From Eledone cirrhosa (taxonomy: Eukaryota): a stretch of DNA of 64,000 bases. Positions within the stretch are counted from its first letter, which is position 1. Each line of letters begins with the position of its first letter. The translations under genes and the position numbers were made by a program. Positions 1 through 11,819 of the stretch are shown piece by piece. The stretch lies in assembly GCA_964016885.1 (NCBI GenBank), contig OZ024743.1, positions 146,692,001 through 146,756,000 on the forward strand. Reading direction: 5' to 3'. The notes under the pieces are model-generated. The model worked only from the letters and a program-made list of their open reading frames with translations, did not search any database and was not told where the DNA came from.

Positions 1-1039
1 TGGTTTTGTTAATTACTATATTAATGTATTTCAATGAGCAATGCAAGTGATAATTAAATTTTTTTGTAACTAAATATTGTCAATGAATCATGCTAATATA
101 ATGCTAATATATTCAGCACTGACATATTTAGGTGTGCAATGATTCCATGGTGGCAGCCTATCACCGATGAAGCTGCATCAATTGGATGTGTCATTATATT
201 TCTTTATTAGAGCTGCTAGTGACATTTTCGTGGAATCCCTCACCCCATATTATATATATTTTGAAGAGACACTTAAAGACAGATCTTGCTGTGTCAGCAC
301 TGACAACACCGTAGAGACGGCTGACATCTGTGAAATAAACAAGTACAAAAACGAAAATGCCAACAACATTTGCAGATATCACTGAGAAAGGGGAAGAAAT
401 GAACTTACAGAAAATCGAGAAACAAATAAAATGGGAGATGTATTTTGCATGGAAGCAGGCCTTGTTACCTAGAAGGTTTGTCAAGGAGAGACATAGGTTA
501 ACAATGACAAGTCTCTTCTACTTCAAAGGTAACAAAGTAGGATCCTCATGCTAGTGAAGGGGAACATTTGGCACATTTGGCAAAACGAGGTTTATGGAAT
601 CTTAAGCCTGATGCTAAAAAACTTGGGTAGGGGGAGGCCAAACAACAGTTCAGCACTCATGCAACACATGCCAACCTATATGTTTTGTGGCCAAGTATAT
701 AGGGCAAATAACACAAGAGTAACACATGAGGAGATGGACAAAGACATTTATCCATGCTTGATAGTGACCTTCATGAAACCTAAGGAAATGAAACTTGCAC
801 ACAGAACCTGAAAAAGATATTGGGAAAGTATTCATTGTGTTTAGCATTTTAGTATATTTTTTATTAATTTATCATTTTTTGTTATTATTCAGAATACTAA
901 ATTTCTCTATGCCATTAATGTTGATATAATAATTTAATATTATAAAACACAACTTTATATTTCAAATATTAACAAAATCACTCATAATAATTCCGAGTCA
1001 ATAAATTACTATACTTCTCATACAGGGGTAAATAACACT

Positions 1040-1362
1040 TTTGGTCATGAATGACCATGAGATTTGCACCTAGAAAATTCCCCTCTGAAGCACAAGTCAG
1101 GGCAAGGTAGTTTGTGGGTGGAGGATTAGCAGATGCTCATGCATACCAGTCTCCCTGCTCCATGCGACCAATGTTGTCCAAGGGAAAGGCAATGGCTGAT
1201 ACAGCTTGGCACCAGTGACATTGCAACTCACTTCTACAGCTGAGTAAACTGGAGCAATGTAAAATAAAATGTCTTGCTCAAGGACACAATGCATCACCCA
1301 GTTCAGGAATCAAATTCACGTCATGATTGCAAACCCAACACTCTAACTACTAAGCCATGCAC
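1040..1362 (-). mobile_element. tRNA-derived SINE (head plus CORE-like middle), decayed
   Basis: Reverse complement begins gcatggcttagtagttagagtg (A-box-like) and contains tgtgtccttgagcaagaca and ttgctccagtttactcagctgtagaa. These blocks are shared with copies at 1416, 7190 and 28010. Confidence 0.7.
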
Positions 1363-1415
1363 ATTCACTTCTTATATAACCCGAGTTATTATTTGTAATT
1401 TGTATTACATATTTC

Positions 1416-1750
1416 TGGAGGCACATGGCTTAGTGGTTAGAGCATTGGCTTTGCAATCGAAAGGTTGTGAGTTTAATTCTCAGACCGGGTGATGTGTTGT
1501 TTCCTTGAGCAAGACACTGTATTTCACATTGCTCCAGTTTACTCAGCTGTAGAAATGAGATGATAGGGACTGGCGTCCCTATCATTCCACTGCAAAGTGG
1601 TTGTGGAGGTGCCACAGCAAAAAAGCACCCAGCACTCACTGTAAATGAAGTTGGTGTTAGGAAGGGCATCCAGCTGTAGAATTCAAGCCAGAATCAGTTC
1701 CTGTCCCACCCTTGCAAGCAGGGAAAAAGCGGACGTAAAATGAAATGATG
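1416..1750 (+). mobile_element. tRNA-derived SINE, apparently chimeric, ending in the RTE-type 3' tail
   Basis: Head ggaggcacatggcttagtggttagagc and CORE-like ccttgagcaagacac, then ggtgttaggaagggcatccagctgta and the tail cccacccttgcaagcagggaaaaagcggacgtaaaatg. The tail is nearly identical to the RTE 3' end at 57448-57485. Confidence 0.7.
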
Positions 1751-1961
1751 ATTTCTGATGATGATTTCTGATGATAAAATTTATCTCTATCACACATTTT
1801 TATATTAGAAGGTTTGTATTTTGAATTTTTAATAGTATTTCTGAATTCAATTTTACATAAGTATTCTTTTGTACTGATGATAGTGATGATGACCTTTTTA
1901 TGCTTTTACTAATTATTCAACTAGCTAGGACAAAAAGTCTTTTTGTTTGTTTCTTATATAT

Positions 1962-4399
1962 GTTTCTTTATTAGCCACAGGGACACAAAAGAAGGGGACA
2001 AATACAAAGGGGGAAGTTTACATACAATAAAAACGTGTAAAATATTATCACAAATGTAATTTAAAAATTAGTCGATTTCCCCAATAGGGGGAGACATTTC
2101 CCCCGAAAAAAAAATGTGCAACCCTCATCTCCAGGAGTACGAAAAGTTTGTACTCCTTTCCTCTCCTCTTTTTCCTCAACCTACAGGTTGATATAGAGAG
2201 AAGGCCCATTCACTCGGGCCATTCTCGCTACTTTCACCCACCTTTCATAAAACTTGCTGGGGTACAGCACCTCTCTCTCCATCCTGATGCTTCTTCCAAA
2301 GTGGAATTTGAAAAAAAGAATCAGTTGTTGGCCGGAGAGAAAGGTGTCTGACCTCAGCCCTTTCAACCTTGTCCACCATACAACCTCTTTCGCCATAGCT
2401 ATCACACAAAGGAAAACCGCCTCTCCTTCGTTTTTGAAGGAGGGTGGCGGTTTGATCATGACAATGGACTTGGTGGTCAACCGGATTGGTCTCACCCACG
2501 ACAATAGTCGTTCTACATAGCCCCACAGGTCGGTGACGCCCGGGCAGTGTATGAATGCGAGCGCGACGGTTTCTTCGTCTCGCACGCATCTCGGACAGAT
2601 CTTTTTTGCAGGGTCCCTGCCCGGGCGTCCATGTCTGTAGAGCTTGTCTCGAACTGGTAGAGCTCCTCGGTAGCACTGCCAGGCCAGGGACCTTTGAAAG
2701 TTGTCCATCGGTCCCGGGCGGAAGGTCCTACCGAACAGACTGGCCAGTTCGTCTTCCTCTACGCCCAGAGTTTCACCGAGAACGTCGTCGCACTTGCTGC
2801 GGATCAACCGTCTATAGAATGACGAAGTGGAGTCTCCACTGATCGCCGGGTCCGCCTTCCAGAGGGCTGTGAGCGCCTGAGCACATTCGATGTGCCAGTC
2901 GCCCATTTTCCTCGGTCTTTGCTTGACCCAGGACTGCAGCTCGGTCAGCGAGACGAGTCGTGGGAAGGCTCGCCTCACGAACGGGGCCCACACCGGTTGT
3001 CCGGTGAGGAATACGTAGAGATGCCGCAGCCTGAGCGCGTGTTTGCGCATCGTCAGCCACGGCATCCCCAGCCCTCCGTTGGAAGGGCGTTGGCAGCAGA
3101 TGGATCTTCTCACCAAAGGAGCCCGCCTCTTCCAAAGGAATTGGAAGAGCGTGCGCTCCATTTTGGCTGGACAAGGCACGACGGTCAAGCGGTAGTAGAT
3201 GGCGGACGCTATAAAAGTGTTCGCCACCTCCGCTCGACCTTTCAAGGATAGTTTGCACTCGGCCCACTTCTGGGTGAGTGCAAACACCTTGGCCGACACC
3301 TCGTTCCAGTTCTTCTCCACCTGGAGGTCCGGACCAAACCAGACCCCGAGCAGCTTTACTAGTCCTTCCGTCCAGCGTCTGACGACGCCATCGGAAAGCA
3401 TCGGTTTGCGTCTCCACGATCCGAGTTGCAAACCGATGGACTTGTCCCGGTTCAGCTTCGCTCCTGTGAACCTTTTGTATTCCTTCAGTAATGTGCCGAC
3501 TTCCTCGATTTGCGAGGCGCTCGACACCATTACTGCCTTGTCGTCGGCGTAGGCCGACGCCGCTTTCCGCAGTCCCGGTTCCAGAGGGATGCCCTGCAAT
3601 AGCTCCAACTTCCGTAGTAGTGGCTCGAGAGTCAATACGTACAGAAGGGAGGAGAGAGGGCATCCCTGTCGAATGGATCGCGTGATATGAAACGGCTCCG
3701 AGAGGTAGCCGTTCACCTTAACCCTTGAGCAGATGTTGCTGTTATGCATTGCAGGAATCCAGCCTCTGAACACGGATCTGAAGCCTGCCGCCTCGAGCAC
3801 CGCATCTAGGTAACGATGGTCACCCTATCGAAAGCCTTAGACTGATCCAAGTTGATCAGGGCCCCACCGAAGCTGGGTTTACACCCTACCCTCTCTATGA
3901 TGTATCGCATGAGGTGGAGGTTGTCGTGTATGGACCTGGTCGGGATTGCGCATGTCTGCGCTTCTTCCACCAGGTTTCCGACGACAAGCGCCAGCCTCTT
4001 TGCCAACACCTTGGCCAAAATCTGTAACTCTGTGTTTAGCAGAGTTAGGGGCTGGAAGTTGCCTATGTCATCCCCCTTATTCTCGTCCTTCCTGACTAGT
4101 GTAACTACGCCCCCGGTCACAGAACTGGGAATTCTCCCGTTCTGTTGCCAGTTGCAGTAGACCGCTTCCAGGATACCGGAGAACAAGTCCGGCATTGCTA
4201 CGTAAAATTCGTAGGGTAGACCGTCGAGACCTGGAGATTTGCGTTTGCCGTATTGGCTCAACGCGTCCCCTATCTCAGCGGCTGAAATCGGCTTTCGCAG
4301 AACTTTGCCTCGCTGTCCGAGAGTCGCGGTAGGCCATCGAGGTATGGACCGAAATCCATAGCCCCTCCCGGCGCGCCGCCCTGCCCGAACAGTTGAGCA
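1962..4399 (-). pseudogene. 5'-truncated Tx1-clade LINE (ORF2 RT, CCHC and 3' UTR), a diverged subfamily of the intact copies
   Basis: ORFs 3806-4567 and 2181-3800 give KSPGLDGLPYEFY, LDQSKAFDRV, IRQGCPLSSLLY, AYADD and CPRC..ET..C, collinear with ORF2 at 33969. There is a 1-nt deletion frameshift near 3820. The 3' end reads ccctgtggctaataaagaaac. Confidence 0.93.
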
Positions 4400-4603
4400 A
4401 GAAAAATAGTCACCCATTATCTCAAATTCATACACAATCATCACTACACATCTGCATACATAAACACACACACACATGCACGCACGCACGCACACATACA
4501 CACACATACACACACACACGCACACATGCACGCACGCACACACACACACACATACACACACACACACATATAAGGGGATATATATATGAATGTATTTATA
4601 TAG

Positions 4604-4644
<41 letters not shown>

Positions 4645-4814
4645 TGCGGGGGATTGATTATATTGTTCTCTGCAAAATATTATATATGTGGTTTGCTATG
4701 ATATTGGCAGTGTGTAAATCTTCAATCTTTTAGCTTCAATTCTCTTATTGAGAGATCATAGAGTCACATGGTCATTATATTAAATATTGATATCGTTAAT
4801 ACACACACATATAC

Positions 4815-4835
<21 letters not shown>

Positions 4836-4846
<11 letters not shown>

Positions 4847-5267
4847 ATGTGTGCGTGTGTGTGTGTGTGTGTCCCCATGTATTTCAGGTTTAATTGGGAG
4901 TAACCACAGTAAGTAAGGTACTCAATACATAATAGAGTATATAATGTTTAATATAGAGATGGCTTCTACAAGACTAGAACTGTTTCATTCAAAGGAAATC
5001 ATCAGAATGAAACAGTTCTAGTCCTGTAGAAGCCATCTCTAATTTAAACATTATATGTGTGTGAGTATGTGTGCGTGTGTGTGTGTGTGTCCATGTATTT
5101 CAGGTTCAATTGGGAGTAACCACAGTAAGTAAGGTACTCAATACATAATAGAGTATATAATGTTTAATATAGAGATGGCTTCTACAAGACTAGAACTCTT
5201 TCATTCAAAGGAAATCATCAGAATGAAACAGTTCTAGTCCTGTAGAAGCCATCTCTAATTTAAACAT

Positions 5268-5272
<5 letters not shown>
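4836..5272. repeat. Tandem duplication (216-bp period) of a unit containing a long hairpin with a hammerhead-like core
   Basis: ccatgtatttcaggtt at 4875 and 5091. Each unit has agagatggcttctacaagactagaactgtttcattc ... gaatgaaacagttctagtcctgtagaagccatctct. The minus strand reads CTGATGA...GAAAcag..ttgTA. Confidence 0.85.
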
Positions 5273-5312
<40 letters not shown>

Positions 5313-5720
5313 TTATTTTGCAAGACACTTGATGTAAATCATGTGTTGCAACAGATATTGTTATATTTTGAGAGGGTCATACTGCCAATGTGTTTTTATT
5401 GCCAGTAAGTATTCTTACATTTCCTTTGGTTTTGTAAGCATAGACACATATTCTTATCTTCTCAGATGCATTAGAAAATAAATGGTAAAGAGAAACAATA
5501 TGGTTGTCAACATGGTGGGGTTTACAAATAAGCAACAACAGATCAACTTGTTTGTTGATCCACGTAGGAAGTTAGACACCCAAATGACAACAATAGGGCG
5601 TCAATGCATACAATGTAACTATCTGTTAACTTCTGGTATCAAATTACTACCTAAACTGTTAAAACATGCGAAGTTTTAGCCAATCTCTGGAAAGTACATT
5701 CTGTGATTAAAGAACATTTG

Positions 5721-6027
5721 ACTTTGCCTTTCATCTTTACGGGGTCGATAAAATGAAGTACCAGTAATGCACTGGGTAATTGCTGGCCTTGTGCCTAAAG
5801 TAGAAACAATTATTTATACTTATTTATACTTGAGTACAAAGGGCGTTGGATTGGCAGTATCGGTAGAGGGTCGGACGCCATGCTTTGCAGCAAAGAGTTA
5901 CGGCCCTTTATGGTTTGAGTTCAAATCCCGCCGAGGTTAACTTTGCCTTTCATCCTTACGGGGTCGATAAAATAAAGTACCAGTAATGTGCTGGGTAATT
6001 GCTGGCCTTGTGCCTAAAGTAGAAACA
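5721..6027 (+). mobile_element. Two copies of the ATT-tailed tRNA-SINE: truncated (5721-5808) and full-length (5841-6027)
   Basis: A box tggcagtatcggtag, B box gagttcaaatccc, central gcctttcatccttacggggtcgataaaataaagtaccag, 3' end ccttgtgcctaaagtagaaaca. A 19-bp TSD ttatttatacttgagtaca lies at 5820-5838 and 6029-6047. Confidence 0.9.
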
Positions 6028-7189
6028 ATTATTTATACTTGAGTACAGAAAAAGAAGACTGGTCTGACTACATTCAGCATTAAATTATTTCATCAGAGGC
6101 TGGATACTCATTTTCCTGAACACAGACAGAATAGTAGTTTAGAACTGCTTATAGTATACACAAACTGAGATAATACTAAATTAGTCTGCTCTAGTTTGCA
6201 TAACATTAGAATCATTGTAAATTGAATAAGCATATGAATATGTGTTAGATTCAATATGTACATGTATAAATCCTATATAAAATAATCCTGTGGCAGATTT
6301 TTTTTACTGCACAGTCATGTTCATTGGAGGTATCTTTACAATAACAATATGCTTAGCATGTCCAAAATAATTCTTCCTTCATTTTGTTTAATTCCAATCT
6401 CGATGTGTTCAAAACAGTGTCCAAACAACAGCTTTGGTGCATGTGATATAATATGGTGCAATTATTAAATGTACACTCTGATAACTGAGAGGTATTAACA
6501 TGATATTGAACACTAGACGTTATTATTTCAAGGCAATTCCTACTGGGTTCAAAATTACAGACATGTATCATGCTATGATGACATTGAAATATATGAAATT
6601 GGTCGTTTTATGTCAGATACACTTAACTATAGAATAGGTGATGCCAACATAGCAAATTGTACAGAGAGAATTAACTTTCTGTGCTGCATAAAGAGAATGA
6701 ACAAGATATGGAAAAAGATTATTGGTGTATTTAGAGGTTTCAGCCATAAAATACGAATTTCAAAACAATAAATTACTTAGATAATAACTTTGAAACTTGA
6801 CGCAGGTAAATACTAGGTTTTTGACAAAACCAATACATCAAATGTCTCTCTCTAACTCAGTAAACTACCTGCATTGACTTGGTATTCAATCTAAACAATA
6901 TATGCCATGCCAAACCTGTCAGTGTCAGCTTGACCCTATGAACAATGAGTGAATTTGCATGTAACAGAATTCTTAGTAAGACAAATGCATCACTGCTCCC
7001 CACCTTAATCTTTCCCTATATTGCTTCTGTATTTACTTGTATTGTGTGATAGAATGTTTGTGTAAAATATCATTTCTTCAGTACAAGCTTCAAATGTGGG
7101 TTAATTCATTCCAATCCTCCACTAGTAATTCCTTTTACATTAAATATAGAACATTTTTTCCAGTCTATATGATGTTTGTCTTGAGCCTG

Positions 7190-7430
7190 AAGGCTCACCA
7201 AGCCAGTACTTATCCCAGTTTTCATGGTGTGAAACAACTGAGAGTAAAAGACTTCCCTCTAGACTGGACGCCAGTCCATTGCAGGGTAAACCCCCAGCTA
7301 TGTATAGATCTCATTTTCAGCTGAGTATACTGGAGCAATGTGAAATGAAATGTTTTGCACAAGGACAAGACACACGGCCCAGTCCAGAATCAAACTCACG
7401 ATATTATGATCCAACACCCCTAGCACAAGG
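7190..7430 (-). mobile_element. tRNA/CORE-like SINE with a V-domain-like segment, decayed
   Basis: ctggacgccagtccattgcagg, cagctgagtatactggagcaatgtgaaatg and caaggaca. Same family as 28010-28265. Confidence 0.65.
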
Positions 7431-7630
7431 TCACACGAAGAAATGGAAAATTTGTACTGTCTTCAGTTAACATTGGTTGATTTTTAATCCCCCCATAGCC
7501 ACCTAATGAACTAAGTGATAATTTTAATGTAAGGAACCTGCAAGTATCATTGGTTTCAGACGATCAAATTAAAAACTATTCTACAAATATTCTACCGATT
7601 TCTAACTATAATTTCTAACTGCTATTCCTG

Positions 7631-7702
<72 letters not shown>

Positions 7703-7767
7703 CACGTGTGCACGTATGTGTGTGTATAGAGAGAGAGAGGAAGCAGAGAGAAAAAAGGAGACAGATA

Positions 7768-7808
<41 letters not shown>

Positions 7809-8419
7809 TTATGCATATAAATAAATATGTATATACATACATATTTATTTCAAAGTATCACCTAAATTTATATAAACATAAATGTGTTGATGTTATGTGT
7901 ATGCATGTATATATGTGGATATATGTATGTATACATTAGCACCTAGGAAAAGAATTACAATTTTACAAAATCATATCTAAAATATTTCTTTAAATTTTTT
8001 AAGTAAGAACTTATTGATTCAAAAACTAAGGATTGTCTTAAAGGGGGAGAAAAAGTCCTTCTTGATTTATTTATAGAAGACAATTGAAGTTATTTGGATG
8101 TTCAATTAAATCATAGGGAAAACATTCAAGTGGTATTGTTTGTGTTGATTTACTTATTTATTTATTGTATCAAAACCCATTGTTATATATAATCTTTATT
8201 TCTGATATTGTTTGAAACACGTTCTTTACCTATCCATCCAGACAGATAGACACATAAAAACACCAAAATACATGCACATACACTCACACATAAGCTTCCC
8301 CACAACACCCACACATGCACACGCTAACACTTATCATACTCATACATACATTCTTACACAAACACACATATCTGTTTTGTTTGTAAGTAAATATATACAT
8401 ATTATGTACATGTGTATAT

Positions 8420-8481
<62 letters not shown>

Positions 8482-8635
8482 ATATATACACATGTATACA
8501 TATATACACATTTTATACACTTGTTTACATTTTTCCACACACACACACACACTCACATGCATACACTGACACACACACTCACATACACACACATATATAT
8601 ATACGTATATATATATATATATATATAATATACAT

Positions 8636-8694
<59 letters not shown>

Positions 8695-8830
8695 CGTATA
8701 TATATATACATGCATATATATATACATGCATATATATATATATACATATATATATATACATACACATATATATATATATACATATATAGATATATGTGTG
8801 TGTGTATGTATGTATGTGTGTATGTATATC

Positions 8831-8869
<39 letters not shown>

Positions 8870-9377
8870 ATGTATGTGTGTATTTAACTTTGAGGTTATA
8901 TATATATATGTATATATGACTCACAGAAACGGGAACATGCTCAGGTAGACACATATTTATTTAGTTATAAAGGGAAACCTACCCTACACATTTTATACAC
9001 TTGTTTACATTTTTCCACACACACTCAAACACACACACATACACCCAAACCCCCACACATACATATATATATATGTATATATAAATATACATGTATACAT
9101 ATATTTGTGTGTTTGCGTGTATTTGGGGTTGCCAACTGAGTATGCTTGCTTGTGTGTAGGTGTATATGTGTTCTGTGTATGAAAGCAGGTGGTTTGTGAA
9201 TATTTGTATTTCTGTGAATATACATTTACTCTTTATGTATTTGTTATTCATTCTTTATGAATTAAAAACCCTGCTTTCTCTCTCAACATATTGAACTTCA
9301 TACCTTCTACACACACACACACACATACACACACATACATATATATATATAACACGTTATATATATATGTATATATA

Positions 9378-9428
9378 GTCCCACCCTTGCAAGCAGGGAA
9401 AAGCGGACGAAAAATGATGATGATGATG
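9378..9428 (+). mobile_element. Extreme 3' stub of an RTE LINE/SINE with (ATG)n tail inside (TA)n
   Basis: gtcccacccttgcaagcagggaaaagcggacgaaaaatgatgatg, flanked by TA repeats. Confidence 0.85.
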
Positions 9429-9465
<37 letters not shown>

Positions 9466-9496
9466 GTATGTATATGTAGATGTATGTGTGTATGTA

Positions 9497-9532
<36 letters not shown>

Positions 9533-10072
9533 TATATATATAAAATTCCTACAACAATGTTTTTATATATGTATGAATATTCCTATCTATTTACATGTTT
9601 TTAAATGTTATAATCCATTGAAATAAATCATTGAACAACAGAGATACTTTTAAAAACCATTTACTTTGTATTTTGTTGTGAAAATCTTTTTTCAATCTAT
9701 CAAAAATAGTTTTCCTCACCAGATATGTTTTTTCTATTTTTCCTCTTTCAATTTCTTATTTTTCTTTCATTCATGTAAATTAGGGAAACTAAAAAGAAAA
9801 TATAGATGGCAAATAGCAATAACTATAAAAGTATTTAATAAAATACTTGCATATTCTAAATTTAAACTATTTTTCATGTAAATCCTCTTTGGTGCATGTT
9901 TTCTTAGCAAGATATATATATTAAAAAATCTGTTAGTAAGTATCTTCTCCTGGTGGTTGTTTAGTCTTTTATTTGTTCTAACCAGTAAGCTGTGACCATA
10001 CTAAGGCACTATTCTAATAGTAGTAGTAGTAGTAGTAGTAGTAATAGTAATAGTAGTAATAATAATAATAAT

Positions 10073-10280
10073 TGTTTCTGATTTAGGCACAAGGCCAACA
10101 ATTTTGGGGGAGAGAAAAGTTGATTAAATTGACCCCAGTGCATGATTGGTATTTTATTTTATCAACCCCGTACAGATGAGATGGTGATGTTAACTTCAGT
10201 GGGATTTGAACTCAGAACAAAAAGGGACATAACTAAACGATGTGAAGCATGTTGTCCGATGCTCTACCGATACAGCCAAA
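10073..10280 (-). mobile_element. Older copy of the ATT-tailed tRNA-SINE
   Basis: ttgtttctgatttaggcacaaggcc...gggatttgaactcag...gctctaccgatacagccaa, bounded by (AAT)n on both sides. Confidence 0.75.
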
Positions 10281-10300
10281 TGATAATAATAATAAAAATA

Positions 10301-11336
10301 ATTTCTTTATTGGACTTACATATAGGGGACAGTACAAAAAGACAGGGACATTAGGAGGTTACAATAAAATTGAGTAAAAAAAAATTAACAAAAACAATTA
10401 ACAATAAAATTATGACAATAAATATACCCGATAGGGAAGAGAACCATCCAGATGCAACTTAGGTACCCCACAAATCTTGAACCACCTGATACTTCAAGGG
10501 CACTTAGGAAGGGCACCCCTCTTATCATCAAATTAATCAGCCTGCAGGTACATGTGCAGAGTAGGCCCATTCACACAGGCCATTCATCACATTCATCCCC
10601 CTTTTAGCAAATGTACTGAGGGGCAACACTTCTCTCTCCACACTTACCTTTCTTTCCAAGTGAATCTTGAAAAAGTTGATGAGGGAATAACAGAAGAGAA
10701 AAGTGTCTGTCTTCAGTTCTTTCAACCCAGTCCACCACACAACCTCTTTCGCTACCATCACCGGACAGAGGAAAACTGCCTGCCCTTCCCAGCCAAAAGA
10801 TGGCCGGTCAATGTTCACTATGTGACAACAGTTGTTTGACATAAATCCACAAGTTAGTAATGCATGGATACTGGTGAGTGTATGCAGAATGCTTTTGTCA
10901 CTCTCTGTGCACCTCTCAGGCAGGTCCGTCTGACAGCACTTCCATGTCGGTAGAGTTTATCTTGAACTGGCTGTGTTCCTGGCAGCATTGCCAAGTGAGG
11001 GATTTCTGGAAGTTATCCATAGTCCCCAGCTTGAGAGTCTTCTGGAACAGACTGGTCAGTTCAACTTTGTCAACACCAGAGCCTCCCTGTGCATGTCATC
11101 ACACTTGCCCACCACTAATCCTCTATAGGACTTGAGAGCGGAGTTTCCACTGACCACATTGCCCACCTTGTAGAGGGCAGTGAGGGTCTGGCAACATTCC
11201 AAGTGCCCAGTCGCAGTCTCTTCTTGACCCAGGACTGCAGCTCAACCATGTCTGTTCACTGTTTAGTCAGAATATTTGGAGATATTGCAGACTCAGTGCA
11301 TGTTTGTGCATCATTAGCTATGGCATGCCTAGCCCA
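10301..11336 (-). pseudogene. Decayed 3' fragment of a Tx1-clade LINE
   Basis: ORF 10537-10842 (EGQAVFLCPVMVAKEVVWWTGLK..FFKIHLERKV) matches the ORF2 C-terminus. GLGMP*LMM lies near 11320. The 3' end ccaataaagaaat is followed by ATT repeats. Confidence 0.85.
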
Positions 11337-11569
11337 GTCAAAGAGAAAGAACAAATTAAGTGTACCATACATAGTATCATCACTCTTTCTGTTGAAATTT
11401 ACAAAATTTGATAGCAACCATAGCTACTTTAAAGTAAGAGACAACATTTATAAACTGTTGATGCTGACCTTGACTTAGTTAAAACAAGCAGCAGAAATCA
11501 ACAAAAACACCATTAACAACGAAAACAACAAATAATTTAAAAAATAACCAACACTAACAGCTTCAATGA

Positions 11570-11790
11570 CATCCACATCAGCACCAGTACCAGCAGCAGC
11601 AGCAGCAGCAGCACCACTACCACCAGCACCACCACCAGCAGCACTAGCACCACCCCTGCCACCAGCACACTACCACCACCAGCACCACCAGCACCACCAG
11701 CACCACCAGCACCACCAGCACCACCCCTGCCACCAGCACCACCAGCATACCACCAGCACCAGCAGCAGCAGCACCACCACCACCATCAGT
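11570..11790. repeat. (CAC/CAG)n compound trinucleotide repeat
   Basis: caccagcaccaccag units seen directly. Confidence 0.9.
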
Positions 11791-11819
11791 TATTCACATC
11801 CAATGCCATATCCTTTTTC

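Noticed and set aside
140-850. Short ORFs that might be a decayed DNA transposase or exon
   Set aside because: No motif I can identify with confidence and no consistent frame.
8200-9550. Many 60-190 aa ORFs of YIYIY/HTHT/ERER type, here and at 15.8-17.3, 30.5-31, 49-50, 52 and 60.4 kb
   Set aside because: They are translations of dinucleotide microsatellites with no coding signal.
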